From the NCBI RefSeq assembly GCF_006345805.1, contig NC_043002.1:24428001-24492000 (forward strand): DNA of 64,000 bases. Reading direction: 5' to 3'. This stretch comes from Octopus sinensis. Taxonomy: Eukaryota. Positions 39,376-51,947 of the stretch are shown here, piece by piece. The notes under the pieces were generated by a model. It worked only from the letters and a program-made list of their open reading frames with translations. It was not told the DNA's origin and did not search any database. The first letter of the stretch is position 1, and each line of letters starts with the position of its first letter. Both the position numbers and the translations under genes were made by a program.

Positions 39376-39380
<5 letters not shown>
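37800..39380 (+). mobile_element. pogo-superfamily (POGK/Passer-like) deletion derivative
   Basis: RKYEAAIKQKVVHNAKK..ATRHF (Brinker-like DBD) and RPELKGAILKWVEDQRQNGMVVTR..ALK..LKATIDW (CENP-B HTH). Imperfect TIRs taccatatatgctggcatataagccga / ttgacttatatactggtatctat. Split by a SINE B copy. Confidence 0.7.
38516..38926 (+). mobile_element. SINE family B, full-length young copy
   Basis: tRNA-like head (tggctgtgtggtaag; gggttcagtccc), CORE-like ccttgggcaagt, central microsatellite and (aaagagt)n tail. Confidence 0.92.
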
Positions 39381-39408
<28 letters not shown>

Positions 39409-39451
39409 GTCTGTCTGCCTGCCTACCTGTCTGTCTATCTGTCTATCTACC

Positions 39452-39492
<41 letters not shown>

Positions 39493-39921
39493 ATGTATAT
39501 ACTCACACACACATATATATATGAATACACACATGCACACACACACGCATATATGAATGTATAAACACACAGAAATATGTATGTTTGTTAGTCTTATAAT
39601 GTATACTTCTGTGTGATATTTATTTAAATCTAACATATGTCTACAAATGCAATTTTCAGGTTCAAAACAGAATTGGAAACCCATGATCAAATGGTAAAAT
39701 TTGACACTATCGAAACAATTTTTCTTGCCCATACAGAAATCTGTGTATGTGTAAATATACATGTATATATGTATATAAATGTGCATACATGTGTGAATGT
39801 GTTTGCATGTATGTAATTTCCATGTAATTCTATGAAACTTTTAGTTTAAAAGTCTTTTCATTTACATAGTAATAGATCTGTCAATGCTATCAGTGCATTA
39901 TCACTAATGCATCTGTGTTGA

Positions 39922-39962
<41 letters not shown>

Positions 39963-41178
39963 TGTATATATATGTATATGTGTGCATGTGTGCGTGTGTA
40001 CATGATGTATGTATGTGTATCTATCTATCTATGTCTGTCTATGTATGCATGTATGTATGTACACACACACACACACACATATATATATTTATGTATATAT
40101 CATCATCATCACAGAATATTGTAAATGAATGACACAGCTTGTATGACAGTGACACTCATTTACAACTATCATATATAATGTGATGTCCAGACCAGGAGGT
40201 AAAAATGCAGGGCAACCATATCGAACAATCTCAAATGTAACTGCCAGAAATGGTTGTGGCTTCTGGGACTTGACTGATGAAAGAAAGCCAAGAATGACCC
40301 GTCTTCTTTTGCCTGTCCTTCTAATTGTTGTTTCTCTTGTCCGCCTTTGTATCGTTTATCTATCTAAACGTTTTAATGCCCTCTATTGCATTTTTGTTCC
40401 ATTTTCGTATATATATATATATATATATATAGCGACGTATGTACACCCTTGTGCTCATCATATAGAAAGTATGTGTCTAAATTTTGTACAACTCTTACTC
40501 TATCTTTTATTCCCTCTCTCATTTGCCTTCCTTTTTCTCACTCTCCCCTCTCTCACTTTTCTTGACCCTCTCTTTCCTTAACTCGCACTATTTCCCACTC
40601 ATTTATCTCCCCAGTACCTTTCTCTTTGTCTCTGATTTTTTCTAAACCTTCAATCCCGCTGTCCCCTACCCATCTCTCCTCCTTCCACGTGACTGGTGTC
40701 CGACCAGCAATGATCTTTCTTTCTTGGCCTGACTGCCGACCATCAACACCTCTTGTGTCCATCTCCTATGTTCCTGCCTTTAGGCTTTCACTTCATACAC
40801 ACCAGCTCAATTTGATTAGTTCTCAGTCGAAAGACACCTGTTGTTATTTCTTGTTGTTTGTATTCGTAAATGTGTACTATGTTTTCCGTTTTTTTGTTTG
40901 CTTATTTTGTGTCTTTGTTGCCGTATACATTCGCTAGCTTTCTTACAAAGGAGCCTAATGCTCTTAGCTTAGACTTTTGGGGGGACAACCAGATCAAACC
41001 ATCTCAAGTGTAACTGCTCGAAATGGTTGTGACCTCTGGGACTTGACTGATGAAAGAAAGCCAAAAATGATGCATCTTTTTTTGCCTGTCCTTTTCATTG
41101 TTGCTCCTCTCGTTCACCTTTGTATCATCTATCTGTCCAAATGTTTTAATGCCTTTTATTGCTTTTTTGTTCCATTTT

Positions 41179-41179
<1 letters not shown>

Positions 41180-41242
<63 letters not shown>

Positions 41243-41273
41243 TATATACATATATATATACATATGTATATAC

Positions 41274-41325
<52 letters not shown>

Positions 41326-41333
41326 GTATATAC

Positions 41334-41428
<95 letters not shown>
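41180..41428. repeat. Long (TA)n/(TACA) microsatellite
   Basis: Directly visible. Confidence 0.95.
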
Positions 41429-41432
<4 letters not shown>

Positions 41433-41825
41433 GTCAGCAAGTGCCATGCAGTGTGATTGAGTTCAAAACCACATAGTTAGGAAGCAAGTTTCTCAACCAC
41501 AGATCCATGCCGAAGCCTCATAATGATGATGATGTCATCATCATCATCATCATTTAATATCCATTGTCCATACTAGCACGGGTTGGATGGTTTGACCAGA
41601 GCTGGCAAGCTGGGGAGCTGCAACAGACTTCAGTCTGATTGGGCGTTGGTTCTATAGCTGGATGCCCTTCCTAATGCCAATCACTTTACAGAGTGTGCTG
41701 GGTGCTCTTTATGTAGCACTACACAGGCACTTTTATGTGGTGTCACACAAGCACTTTTACTTGGCACCACATAAGCACTTTGTCATTTCACCTGAAAGGT
41801 TCAGCGTCCTGATGACTATGATATA

Positions 41826-42208
41826 TACTCTTTTACTTGTTTCAGTCATTTGTCTGTGGCCATGCTGGAGCACCACCTTTAGTCGCACAAATCGACCCCA
41901 GGACTTATTCTTTGTAAGCCTAGTACTTATTCTATCGGTCTCTTTTGCCGAACCGCTAAGTTACGGGGACGTAAACACACCAGCATTGGTTGTCAAGCGA
42001 TGTAGGGGGGACAAACATACACACACACATATATATATACATATATACGACAGGCTTCTTTCAGTTTCCGTCTACCAAATCCACTCACAAGGCTTTGGTC
42101 GGCCCGAGGCTATAGTAGAAGACATTTGCCCAAGGTGCCATGCAGTGGGACTGAGCCCGGAACCATGTGGTACGTAAGCAAGCTACTTACCACACAACCA
42201 CTCCTACG

Positions 42209-42210
<2 letters not shown>
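41826..42210 (-). mobile_element. SINE family B, full-length copy
   Basis: Reverse complement of 38516-38926. Confidence 0.92.
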
Positions 42211-42295
<85 letters not shown>

Positions 42296-42415
42296 TACAT
42301 ATATATATAGTAAATCCAAAAAAGAAGAACAACCCCCACACCCCACCAAAAAAACAACGTAAGGACGTAGTATGTGTAAAGTATTAGCAGATGCTCAGGG
42401 AAGGAAAGAAAGATG

Positions 42416-42450
42416 GTTTAATGTTTTGAGCAACGCTCTTCTTCAGAAAC
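42416..42450 (-). ncRNA. Decayed minimal hammerhead motif
   Basis: Minus strand reads GUUU-CUGAAGA-A GAGC GUU GCUC-AAAA-CAUU-AAAC; two G>A changes at CpG sites would restore GAAACGUU. Confidence 0.5.
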
Positions 42451-44704
42451 AGAGGAAAGTCCAATAGAAAGGAAGATGGAGGAAGAAAATTGCCAACGAT
42501 TCACATGTGGTTACACACACACACACATACACACATATACATCTTTTACCTTCTATGTTTTACTTAAGTTGCTGGACTATGGTCATGCTGGGGCTATGAC
42601 TTGAAGGTTTTTTAGTGAAACAAATTGACCCCAGGACTCATTAAAAAAAATCCTAGTGCTTATTCTATTGGTCATTTTTGCCAAGGTGCTAAGTTATAGG
42701 GACATACATGAACCAACACCAGTTGTCAAGCAGTGGTGGGAGACAAACACACACACATGCACATAGATATATATGTTGGGCTTCTTTCAGTTTCTGTCTA
42801 CTATATCCACTTACAAGGTGCCATGCAGTGGGTCTGAACTCAGAACCATGTAATTCGGAAGCAAACTTCTTACCACACTGCCCCTCCCCCCACACACATA
42901 CATTTATATATGTATACACACATACACACATGTATATATGTATACACACACATGTATGCACGCACACCCACACACAAAGATATGTTCATATATAAATATA
43001 TATATACATGTATGAATTCCTATACACTCATACCATATCTTCATGTACTGCTTCCTACCACATTATATCATACTATCTAATGCTCACTCACACACATACA
43101 CACACACACCTACACACACACACACAATCATACATAATGCTTATTAGCAATCATTTGAAATTCACTCTGCATTCTGCTTGGATTTAAAACCATCAACATG
43201 ATTTGTCAGAAAATTACTTACGTCAATCTCACCCACTCCAATCTTTCCAAACCACTTTCCTGCTGAGCTTGAGTGTTTTTTTTTTGTTTTTATTTATGTT
43301 TTTTTGACTGGTACTTTTTAGTGTGTGTTCTTAATGTATTTTCATTTGTGTGACTGAAAGATCTATGACTGCTTGGAATGGTGACATTCATCCTGCTTAA
43401 CAAGAGTAAAGAGAGAATAACTTCCGATTACTCTCAACATGTCCATTTATACCTGGATCTTGTTAAATTATTTACCTTAATTTGCTTTCAGCAGTTTCAT
43501 GCTAGTTTATGTTGCAATACTAAGTGCATTTCTATAAGGCCTGAGGCATGTTCAATATTATCTTTCTTTATATGGAATTTTGATTGTATGCAGCGTCTGT
43601 TTTGTTTTGTTGTGAGGTTTGCTTGCTTGTTTCTGTTGTTTCATCTATTTCTTTGCGTAGAATTATGTACTATGTGACCAAAGCTGGCCTTAGGTTTTCC
43701 GGCACCCTGAGTAAACAGAATTTTGATGCCTTTTGAAGTATATTTTAAAAATTTCACAATGAAGTAAAACTGCAAGTTTAGGAATTGCAGTAGGCTATGA
43801 AATAATATAAAAGAAATTTGGGGATTTATTCATTTAAGACGCAGCCCACATAAAGACTAGCTGAACAAAGATGGTTCGGTGTTGTTGAAAATAACATTGA
43901 ATGAAAGTCTCTGAGTTAATATTTTATCAGAGTACTGCTTCTGTGGTTCCAGACAGTGTTTTCAAACTGATAGAACTGGTACATTGCTAAGATTTCTTAT
44001 TCAGCTTAACAAAAGTCTCATGGTTTGAGACTCCTAGGAGTTGTTTCAGTTTTGGGTTTGTTATCTCAGTGTCTATTGGAAAAGAAACTGAGTAGGTTAG
44101 CTGCTCAATTTGTCTGATGTCAAGCAAATGAGCAAGGAAATTCTTTTCAATTTTGTCTTATATCTTCAAAATAAATGTCAGACTACTGGTCTATGACTGG
44201 TGTAAATTAATTATATGAGAACAGTGAAACACCAAAATGTCACCTGAAAATGTTATTACATCAATTTTCTTACTTCTGGTATTAAGTTCAGTTTGCAGTG
44301 TTAGCCTGACTGTTCCATTGTATACTTTTCTAATCGTCTCTTCATTTCTATGTGTTGCTTTTATTCTTTAATATTTGTATGAGAGTTTTGGGTCTAATTC
44401 TCTGATTTCAGTGACTGAATCAAATTCAATATTCTCAGTTTTAGTTAATTTGCTTCTTCTAATAGAATCTTTGGCATATACATCTAGTACCATACTCCTA
44501 ATTATATCCTGGATGAATTCATGAATAATTTTTTGTTGGTTCCCCAACAGAATTATGTCTCTTGTAAACAGGTTTAAGTGATTTTTATAGAGAAAATGGT
44601 TCATAATTTGTTTGTTGCATATAAAAGCCAGTTTACTTGTTAATTCCAAATAAAATATAAATGCTATTTTCCACTTCTTCACCTAACAACCACACTAAGA
44701 CTAG

Positions 44705-46290
44705 ATTGTACAAATGCATGTGACATGGAAACATCCAGGAAACAACATCACTTGCTTAATGTTCTTAGATCACTTAATATTGATGTGATAGCTATCAGTG
44801 AATTGCAGTCACATTCCTTCTGATCAATTATCAGGTGCAGGTCTGATTTGGTTGGGGTGGTGGTGGCAGTCCTGTTTCAGAGAGATAAATACAGCTGGTA
44901 GTGGTTTTGGACATGAACAGCATTGAAGGTAGTGCCTTCAAACTAGTATCCATTTATACCATGAATGGGTCAGGTTTTGACAAGACTTCTTCGGGCATGT
45001 AGAAACATTCTTGCAAACATCTTGTTCATTAATATTAGCGGGTGATTGGACTAGCATCTTAGAAACACATTGAAGGTGTATGGAAGTAACCAATAGAGGA
45101 AGGGATGGAAAAGTCTCCCATGCTCAAACAGTTCCAGTGGTCTGATAGGTACCAAATGAATTTCTCAAATGTGCTAATGTGGACTTGGACAAATTAAAGT
45201 GGATCATCCAGGTTGTATGAGTTTTTGTTAGGTCAGCAGATAAAGTTAGTGGAGGGCATCCACAGTTTTGTGGGGTCTTTTTTTTACCAAAACAGACTTT
45301 TGTGATCTACATAGTCAACCTAGATAAGACACATAGGCAGACTCAGTTACTGGAAGCTAAATGTGTCATTCTCAATGCAAAATGCCTACAGTAATCAGAT
45401 TAGCTGATGGAAGTTGAAGGGGGTTGATTGTCACAGCAAATGGTGGTTTTCCCTCAAGAGTGCTATTAGAGAAGAATCAATAGGGTTTAGCAAACAGTCA
45501 ATGACAGAAAAATTGATTGAGGGAAAGATATTTAGCAGCCTAGAATAGGTGTTGGTAGCATACTGTGCTGCCATGGCTACCATGCTTGTTATAAAGATGG
45601 CACTTGACTGACCATTTCTTTAATGGAAAACATGAGGGTTTGTATTGTCAGAGCTATGTACATATTCATTTTTGTAAGGGAGCAATGGCTGTTTGATGAG
45701 CCGAAATAACAAAGGTGTAACGTGACAAGACCACAGTGTGGTATTTTATGGACATGTGCTCTTCAATTCTAGGAATATGCATGCAATTTTTGAACAGCAT
45801 TTTTACTTTTGGGATAAATGGTGGGCCAATGATGTTGACTTTCATAGCTCATGTGAACACTTGTTGTGACTCTCACCAGGGATAGTGGTGGAGTGCTGAA
45901 AACAGCTGATAATTGATGCTGAGTCATGCAAAGCCTTATGTGCTTGTGTAAAGGGAAAATTGTCATATTTACAGGTCTGCCATATGAGCTTTGCATATAA
46001 ATGCCAGACTTGTTTGCTGCAGTCTTGACTTCAGTATTCATCAGAACAGGAGAATTCCTAATTCTGTGAGTCAGAGAGGAACAGTACTGTGTAGAAAGAA
46101 TAGGAACAAGATGGACATCATCGATAATTTGAGGCCCATAACTCTGCTAAATACATAGTTTATGATTTTGACCAAGGTGCTTAAGAGGAGGTTGACGCTT
46201 GTCAGTAGTGTCACCGAAAATGCATAAATTCATATAATTACCAACAAATCCATCTACAACCTCCACCTTATGCAATGCATTGTACATAGG
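44705..46290 (+). mobile_element. Decayed L1/Tx1-like LINE ORF2 (EN + N-terminal RT)
   Basis: In order: NIDVIAISE, GGVAVLF, FKLVSIY, LILAGDW, WTWTN (APE), then GLPYELC, GRIPNS and DNLRPITLLNT*FMILTKVLKRRL (RT). Confidence 0.75.
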
Positions 46291-46313
46291 GTAGGCAATA
46301 TGTAATTCTCAAA

Positions 46314-46535
46314 GGCAGTGAGCTGGCAGAAAAGTTAGCACACTGGGCAAAATGCTTAGCAGTATTTCATCTGTCTTTATGTTCTGAGTTCAAATTCCGC
46401 CAAGGTCGACTTTGCTTTTCATCCTTTCGGGGTCAATAAATTAAGTACCAGTTGCATACTGGGGTCGATCTAATCAACTTCTCCCCCCCCCCCCCCCCCC
46501 AAAAAATTTCGGGCCATGTGCCTACAGTAAAAAAG
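46314..46535 (+). mobile_element. SINE family A with TSD aatatgtaattctcaa
   Basis: Head and core as in other copies; direct repeat on both flanks. Confidence 0.9.
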
Positions 46536-48653
46536 AATATGTAATTCTCAAGAAGACACACCCATTTCAATGAACCTGGGAGTCTGGAAGCATAATGTGT
46601 ATATATGTATGCACAACTGCTCCTTCTCTTTCTCCTGCTGGCTATTATATTATTATTATTATTATTAGTCTATTCTCTTTACCCCACCAGTCCCACCCTC
46701 TTTTCTGCACATGTAAAGAACCAGAACAAATATTGCAAAACAATTTTTCCATCTCTCTAACAGTTATGCCAGCTCACTGATAATGGTTTCTGATTGAAGC
46801 ACAAGGCCAGCTATTTTGATTAAATCAATACAGAGTACTTAACTAGTATTTCATTTCATCGGTCCTAGAAAGATGAAAGGCAAAAGTTGACTTTGGTGAA
46901 ATTTGAACTAGGAATGTAAATAGGAGGGCTAAATACTGCATGACATTTTCTCTGACAGCCTATTGGTTCTAGTTCATAAAATAGGTACCAGTTAGATACT
47001 GCAGATGATTTGTCTGTGCCCTCCCACTTAATTCGTGGCCTTATGCCTATGTTAGAAGTGGGACAAAACAGCAGCAGCAACAACAACAACAACAACAATC
47101 ACTACCATCACTATCTCCGTCACTATTGCTATTTCATTGTAGTACCTGCCACAGTTACAGTCCCAACATGAAATAAGATCCTTCCTATGGTTAAAAAAGT
47201 GATGAAGTGTTCTTTCTAGAGTTTCAATGGTTGAAAGATGTGGGTGCTTAATGTTCAGGACAGAAGAACTATTTGTTTCTTCTTTACAACTTCCTGTCTT
47301 TGACAACGATCCTCTCCCAATATGGAGGACATAAAATAGACATCAGTCTGTCAAAATGAAAAGGGAATTCTGTGTGTGTGTGTGTGTGTCCAAGCATGTG
47401 AGTGTAAATAGTAGGTGTTCACAGAAGCTGTTGTTTTTGTTTAGCTCCATCTCACTCTTCATCAAAATAACCCAATGATAAAATATATTTTAATTGTGAC
47501 ACCTCATTGTTTATCTAACTCGTTCATTTGCTTTTACATCTCTTTTTTCCCTGCTAGCATGGGTTAGATGAATATATTATTGAGGTATTGTTTCACAGCC
47601 AGATATCCTTCCTGTTGCTAATTATCATTTGTTTTTCAAGTAAGGATCTATTTCACATGTGTTCAAAGGTACGTAGAACATTTGTTGATAAGAAAAATGA
47701 CAGCAGCAACACTGCTCATTGCTTGTGACTTTCACACATTGTATGTGTGAACAAACACATAGATTCATGCATGCACATGCACACATACATGATGGGCTAC
47801 TTTCACTTTCTATCTACCAAATTCACTGACAAAGCTTTGGTCAACCTGAGAGCTACAGTGGAAAACACTTGCTCTAGTTGGTACACAGTAGGACTGAACA
47901 CAAACCCACATTATTGGGGACTGAACAGAGCCATGCCTGCACCTGATTATATATTCATCTAATGTTCTTTCTTTATTCAAGATAATAAAGGAATGATATG
48001 AAATATAAGTGGCTACTTTTTTTAGTAGGCCAAGCAGCTATGTAGAGGTTCCCTTGATGACTTAATACACTAGATGAAGGCAAAAAAAAAATACAGCTGT
48101 TGTTACTGTTTAGCCTTTGATACCTTCTTTGTGATGTTCAGTCTTTTGTATTCAGCCTTCACCACTTCCCATGTATCTTCCTCAATAATCTTCTCCTAGA
48201 GGATCATTTCATGTGGATCACTTGGCAATTCTTTACACAATTGTCATTTTCCACATGCTTCATATGATTGTACCAACACAGTCTTCTCTGTTGCACACAG
48301 CATCTCATTCCTGTAATATACAGCTTTCCTCTTAGTTCATTTATTCTTCACCATTCATGCACTCTAACATTACACATTCAGCAGGGCATGCTTGTTGATT
48401 TCTTGCCAGCCTTTACTCATCGTTTCCATTGAATGCCCATGTTTCATTATGATGTATCACATTTTGCACACAAATATCATACAACCTGGTCTGAGCACTA
48501 ATCTGTCTGCATCTGTTATACACATTTTTGTGTGTTCTTATGCATTAGACATAGCTGTGTGGTTAAGAAGCTTGCTTTCCAACTGCATGGTTTCAGGTTC
48601 AGTCCTACTGTATGATACTTTGAGTGTCTTCTGCTATAGCAGAAGTGTCTTCT

Positions 48654-48692
<39 letters not shown>

Positions 48693-48693
48693 T

Positions 48694-48976
48694 GGAGGCG
48701 CAATGGCCCAGTGGTTAGGGCAGTGGACTCGCGGTTTCAATTCCCAGGCGTTGTGAGTGTTTATTGAGCGAAAACACCTAAAGCTCCACACAGCTCCAAC
48801 AGGGGGTGGTGGCGATCCCTGCTGTACTCTTTCGCCACAACTTTCTCTCACACTTTCTTCTGTTGACCTGTTCACTTAGCAAGCGAGGTGGGGTCATTTG
48901 AAGGCTAAAACAATGCGAAACGCATTGTGACCAGCGATGTGTAGCAACATCTGATAGCCTGGTCGGTCACGGTGAT
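48694..48976 (+). mobile_element. SINE family C (tail type 3)
   Basis: Head ggaggcgcaatggcccagtggttagggc and the same body as 14260-14450, with a distinct tail also seen at ~37680-37775. Confidence 0.85.
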
Positions 48977-49002
48977 ATATATATATATACAAGGAAGTGT
49001 CT

Positions 49003-49046
<44 letters not shown>

Positions 49047-50401
49047 TATATACAAAGAAGGAAATAACAGTGGCCACAGAGGACATAGAGAGTAATCTTT
49101 CATCTTCTTGAAAACAACATCTGTAGTGAAGATAGCATGATAAAATGTACCCAAAGTTGTGTGATAGTCAGAGCATTTAGTTATAAAAATCTTGCCAAAA
49201 GCGTTACACAACCAAGATGGCTGGTTTTCTCTGTTGCTTGTGTATGCTAGACATTGAAGGATTGTAACGCTTGGCAACATGTAGAGAAATTCATCCAATC
49301 CATGCAAACATAAAGAACCTGATGTAAAAGGATGGTGATGATACACACACACACGCACATATATGTTTACACAAGCACACAGACACACATACATGCCTAC
49401 ATATTCACATACATATGTATACAAAGATTAAGGAGACTAAAAATCCAAAATAGACTATATATAATTAAATATAAGTGTAGAGCAAATAGTTATACTTTTC
49501 AGATCTTGTTTTTACAAACTGATGTGAAATGGAATGTTTTGAAAATACAGACTCAAAAATACTTAGTTTCAGATGAGCTACTATATTTAGTGAAAGCAGA
49601 GTTTTGTTAGAAAAACATTAAGTTTGTAAAATATAGTTGTATATATTGTTGTTGTTGTTGTGTGTATGTGTGTGTGTGTGTGTATGTGTGTGTGTGTGTA
49701 TGTGTGTGTGCATGTGTGTGTGCATACGTGTGTGTGTGTGTGTAAGCATGTATATTTGTGTACAAATTCATACAAATAAGCAAATGATATAATTTCTTAC
49801 TAAATTAAAGGTTAAAAAAATAAAGGTAATTAATGCTCATACAAAGAGATTGAAAATGAAAAACATGAAGAGTTTGGAGGAATAATTTTTATGAGAAGAA
49901 AAACAACATCAACAATAACGTATAGAAATATGAAGAAAAAAGTGAGCCTCAATCTGCTGTAAATAGCAGTCATATACCCTCAGATCACACCCTAATGTCT
50001 TAAATAAGGGAATAATATATTTGATAATGTGGTCCTGGATACCTCGAAAAAGCTGGGATGGTCACAACTGGAATGTTTTCAAACATAAATCTGCTAAATC
50101 ATGGTTGGTCTGAGGCTAAACAACAACAACAACAACAATTATTAATCATCGAACCTACCACTAACAACATCATTTAATTTCAATTACAACCTCCATCTTC
50201 AACCATCACCACAACCACAATATGAAATATACCACCACATCCATTACAATCGTGTCACCACCATTACTACACCATAGCTGCTGCTGCTGCTACTACTACA
50301 CCTGCAACCACTATCACCAACATCACAACCACCATTACTACTACCACTACTACTACCACCACCACCACTACTAATACTACTACTACTACCACCAGCATTA
50401 C

Positions 50402-50461
<60 letters not shown>

Positions 50462-50842
50462 AACAACAACAAAATCTGTCAAGGCATTAAATAATTGCAT
50501 GAATGACATTAAACAGAAAATTGAAAAAGATGAAATCATGGTAAAAAAATAAAATCTGGTTAAAAAATATATAGAGATAATATAAAGCCATAAGACAAGA
50601 ATTAAACTTCCTAATAAAAATTAAGATAATTATTTAATGGGAAAAAATATATAAACTTGAACAAATATTTTTTGGTTTAGCATTTTCATTTTATTATTAC
50701 GTATGAATATTTGATATTTGATATTTTATTTTATACTTTTCATGTCTTTATATTTAATATTTATTTCATTTCCTTTTATAATTTGTATGTATTTTTAATT
50801 TTCATTTTATATTATATTTGATTTAATATTAATAGATTATTA

Positions 50843-51050
50843 AGGTGGCAAGCTGGCAGAAATATTAGTATGCCGGGAGAAATGCTCAGCGGTATTTTGT
50901 CTGTTTTTACGTCCTGAGTTCAAATTCCGCTGAGGTTGACTTTGCCTTTCATCCTTTCGGGGTCGATAAATTAAGTACCAATTGCATACTGAGGTTGATC
51001 TAATTAACTGGCCCTCTCCTCAAAAATTCTGGGCTTTGTGAGTAGAAAGG
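50843..51050 (+). mobile_element. SINE family A with TSD aatattaatagat
   Basis: Head and core match; flanking direct repeat. Confidence 0.88.
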
Positions 51051-51145
51051 AATATTAATAGATAATTGTTTTATTTTAGACTGCTTCAGGGAGCAGTAGC
51101 CCTGTATAAAAACTGTTGCAAGAACTCTTTAATGTTGCTTTAGAT

Positions 51146-51828
51146 CAGTGGTTCTAATTGGGGTCTGCATGACCCTTGGGAGTCCACGCAAGTAAAATAG
51201 TGAATAGGGGACCCACAGTAATTTATTAAGGGTCTATGAAAAAATTTTGCTTTAGATGTATTTATTGCAAGAAACAGTAAGATTTCTTTCTTTAACATTT
51301 TACATAGTTCAACCTGCACAAGTTAATGTGCAATGAATAGTAATTTTGAAAGAAGTATCTAGAAAACTAGCTTTTGAACACTGAATGACTATGGGGGTCC
51401 ACCAGAATAAAGTTGTAATGAAAGGGTCCGTAGGTAAAAAGCAACTGTGAATGATTGCTTTAGATTAGTGGTTCCCAACCTGGGGTCCAGAGACACCTGG
51501 TTGTTCACAAAGGTAGTACTGGAGGTTCATGAACTAAATTCAAAATTAAATATATATATTGTTGTATTTAGGAATGGTCATTTTGCCAGTTTAGCCAATA
51601 AAAACACACACACTATATATTTGGTGCTACTTTGCTTCAGCGTTATTCATTTTTTACATTAATCTTAATCTTATTTTGGCCAGAGTTCTTTCGTCACACT
51701 CCTGTGACCGCATCAGTGGTCCTTTGCTTTCTTCTTTCTTATTTGTGTGTATTTCCTAAATACAACAATATCTGTTTCAACACACAATTTCACATCAAAA
51801 ATCTTGCAAAACAAATATATAAACGTAA

Positions 51829-51861
<33 letters not shown>

Positions 51862-51947
51862 AGGATAAGCATATTAAAAAGGATCTGTGAGAAAACTCAT
51901 TTAAATAAAAGGGTTGGGGACCACTGTGAAATGGTTGGGAACCACTG
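51146..51947. mobile_element. Two tandem hAT (Charlie/MER5-like) MITEs sharing an 8-bp TSD
   Basis: (C/T)AGTGGTTC..GAACCACTG-type termini; ctttagat at 51138-51145, 51458-51465 and 51948-51955. Confidence 0.82.
51678..51721 (-). ncRNA. Minimal hammerhead motif with A9C substitution
   Basis: Minus strand reads GACCA-CUGAUGC-G GUCACA GGAG UGUGAC-GAAA-G AA C-UC-UGGCC. Confidence 0.65.

Noticed and set aside
40240-41070. GAAA...CTGATGA-AA-GAAA motifs in the repeat at 40240-40290 and 41015-41070
   Set aside because: Core boxes are present, but no consistent three-helix junction can be built in any topology; the third copy at ~27250 has CTGAGGA.
43680-44690. Possible hAT remnant (terminus-like gctggccttagg..ggcaccc and 104-aa minus ORF)
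   Set aside because: No diagnostic transposase motif or matching second terminus could be identified.
48694-48750. tRNA gene
   Set aside because: A/B boxes belong to a SINE head that continues into the SINE body; no complete cloverleaf. The same applies to the other SINE heads.
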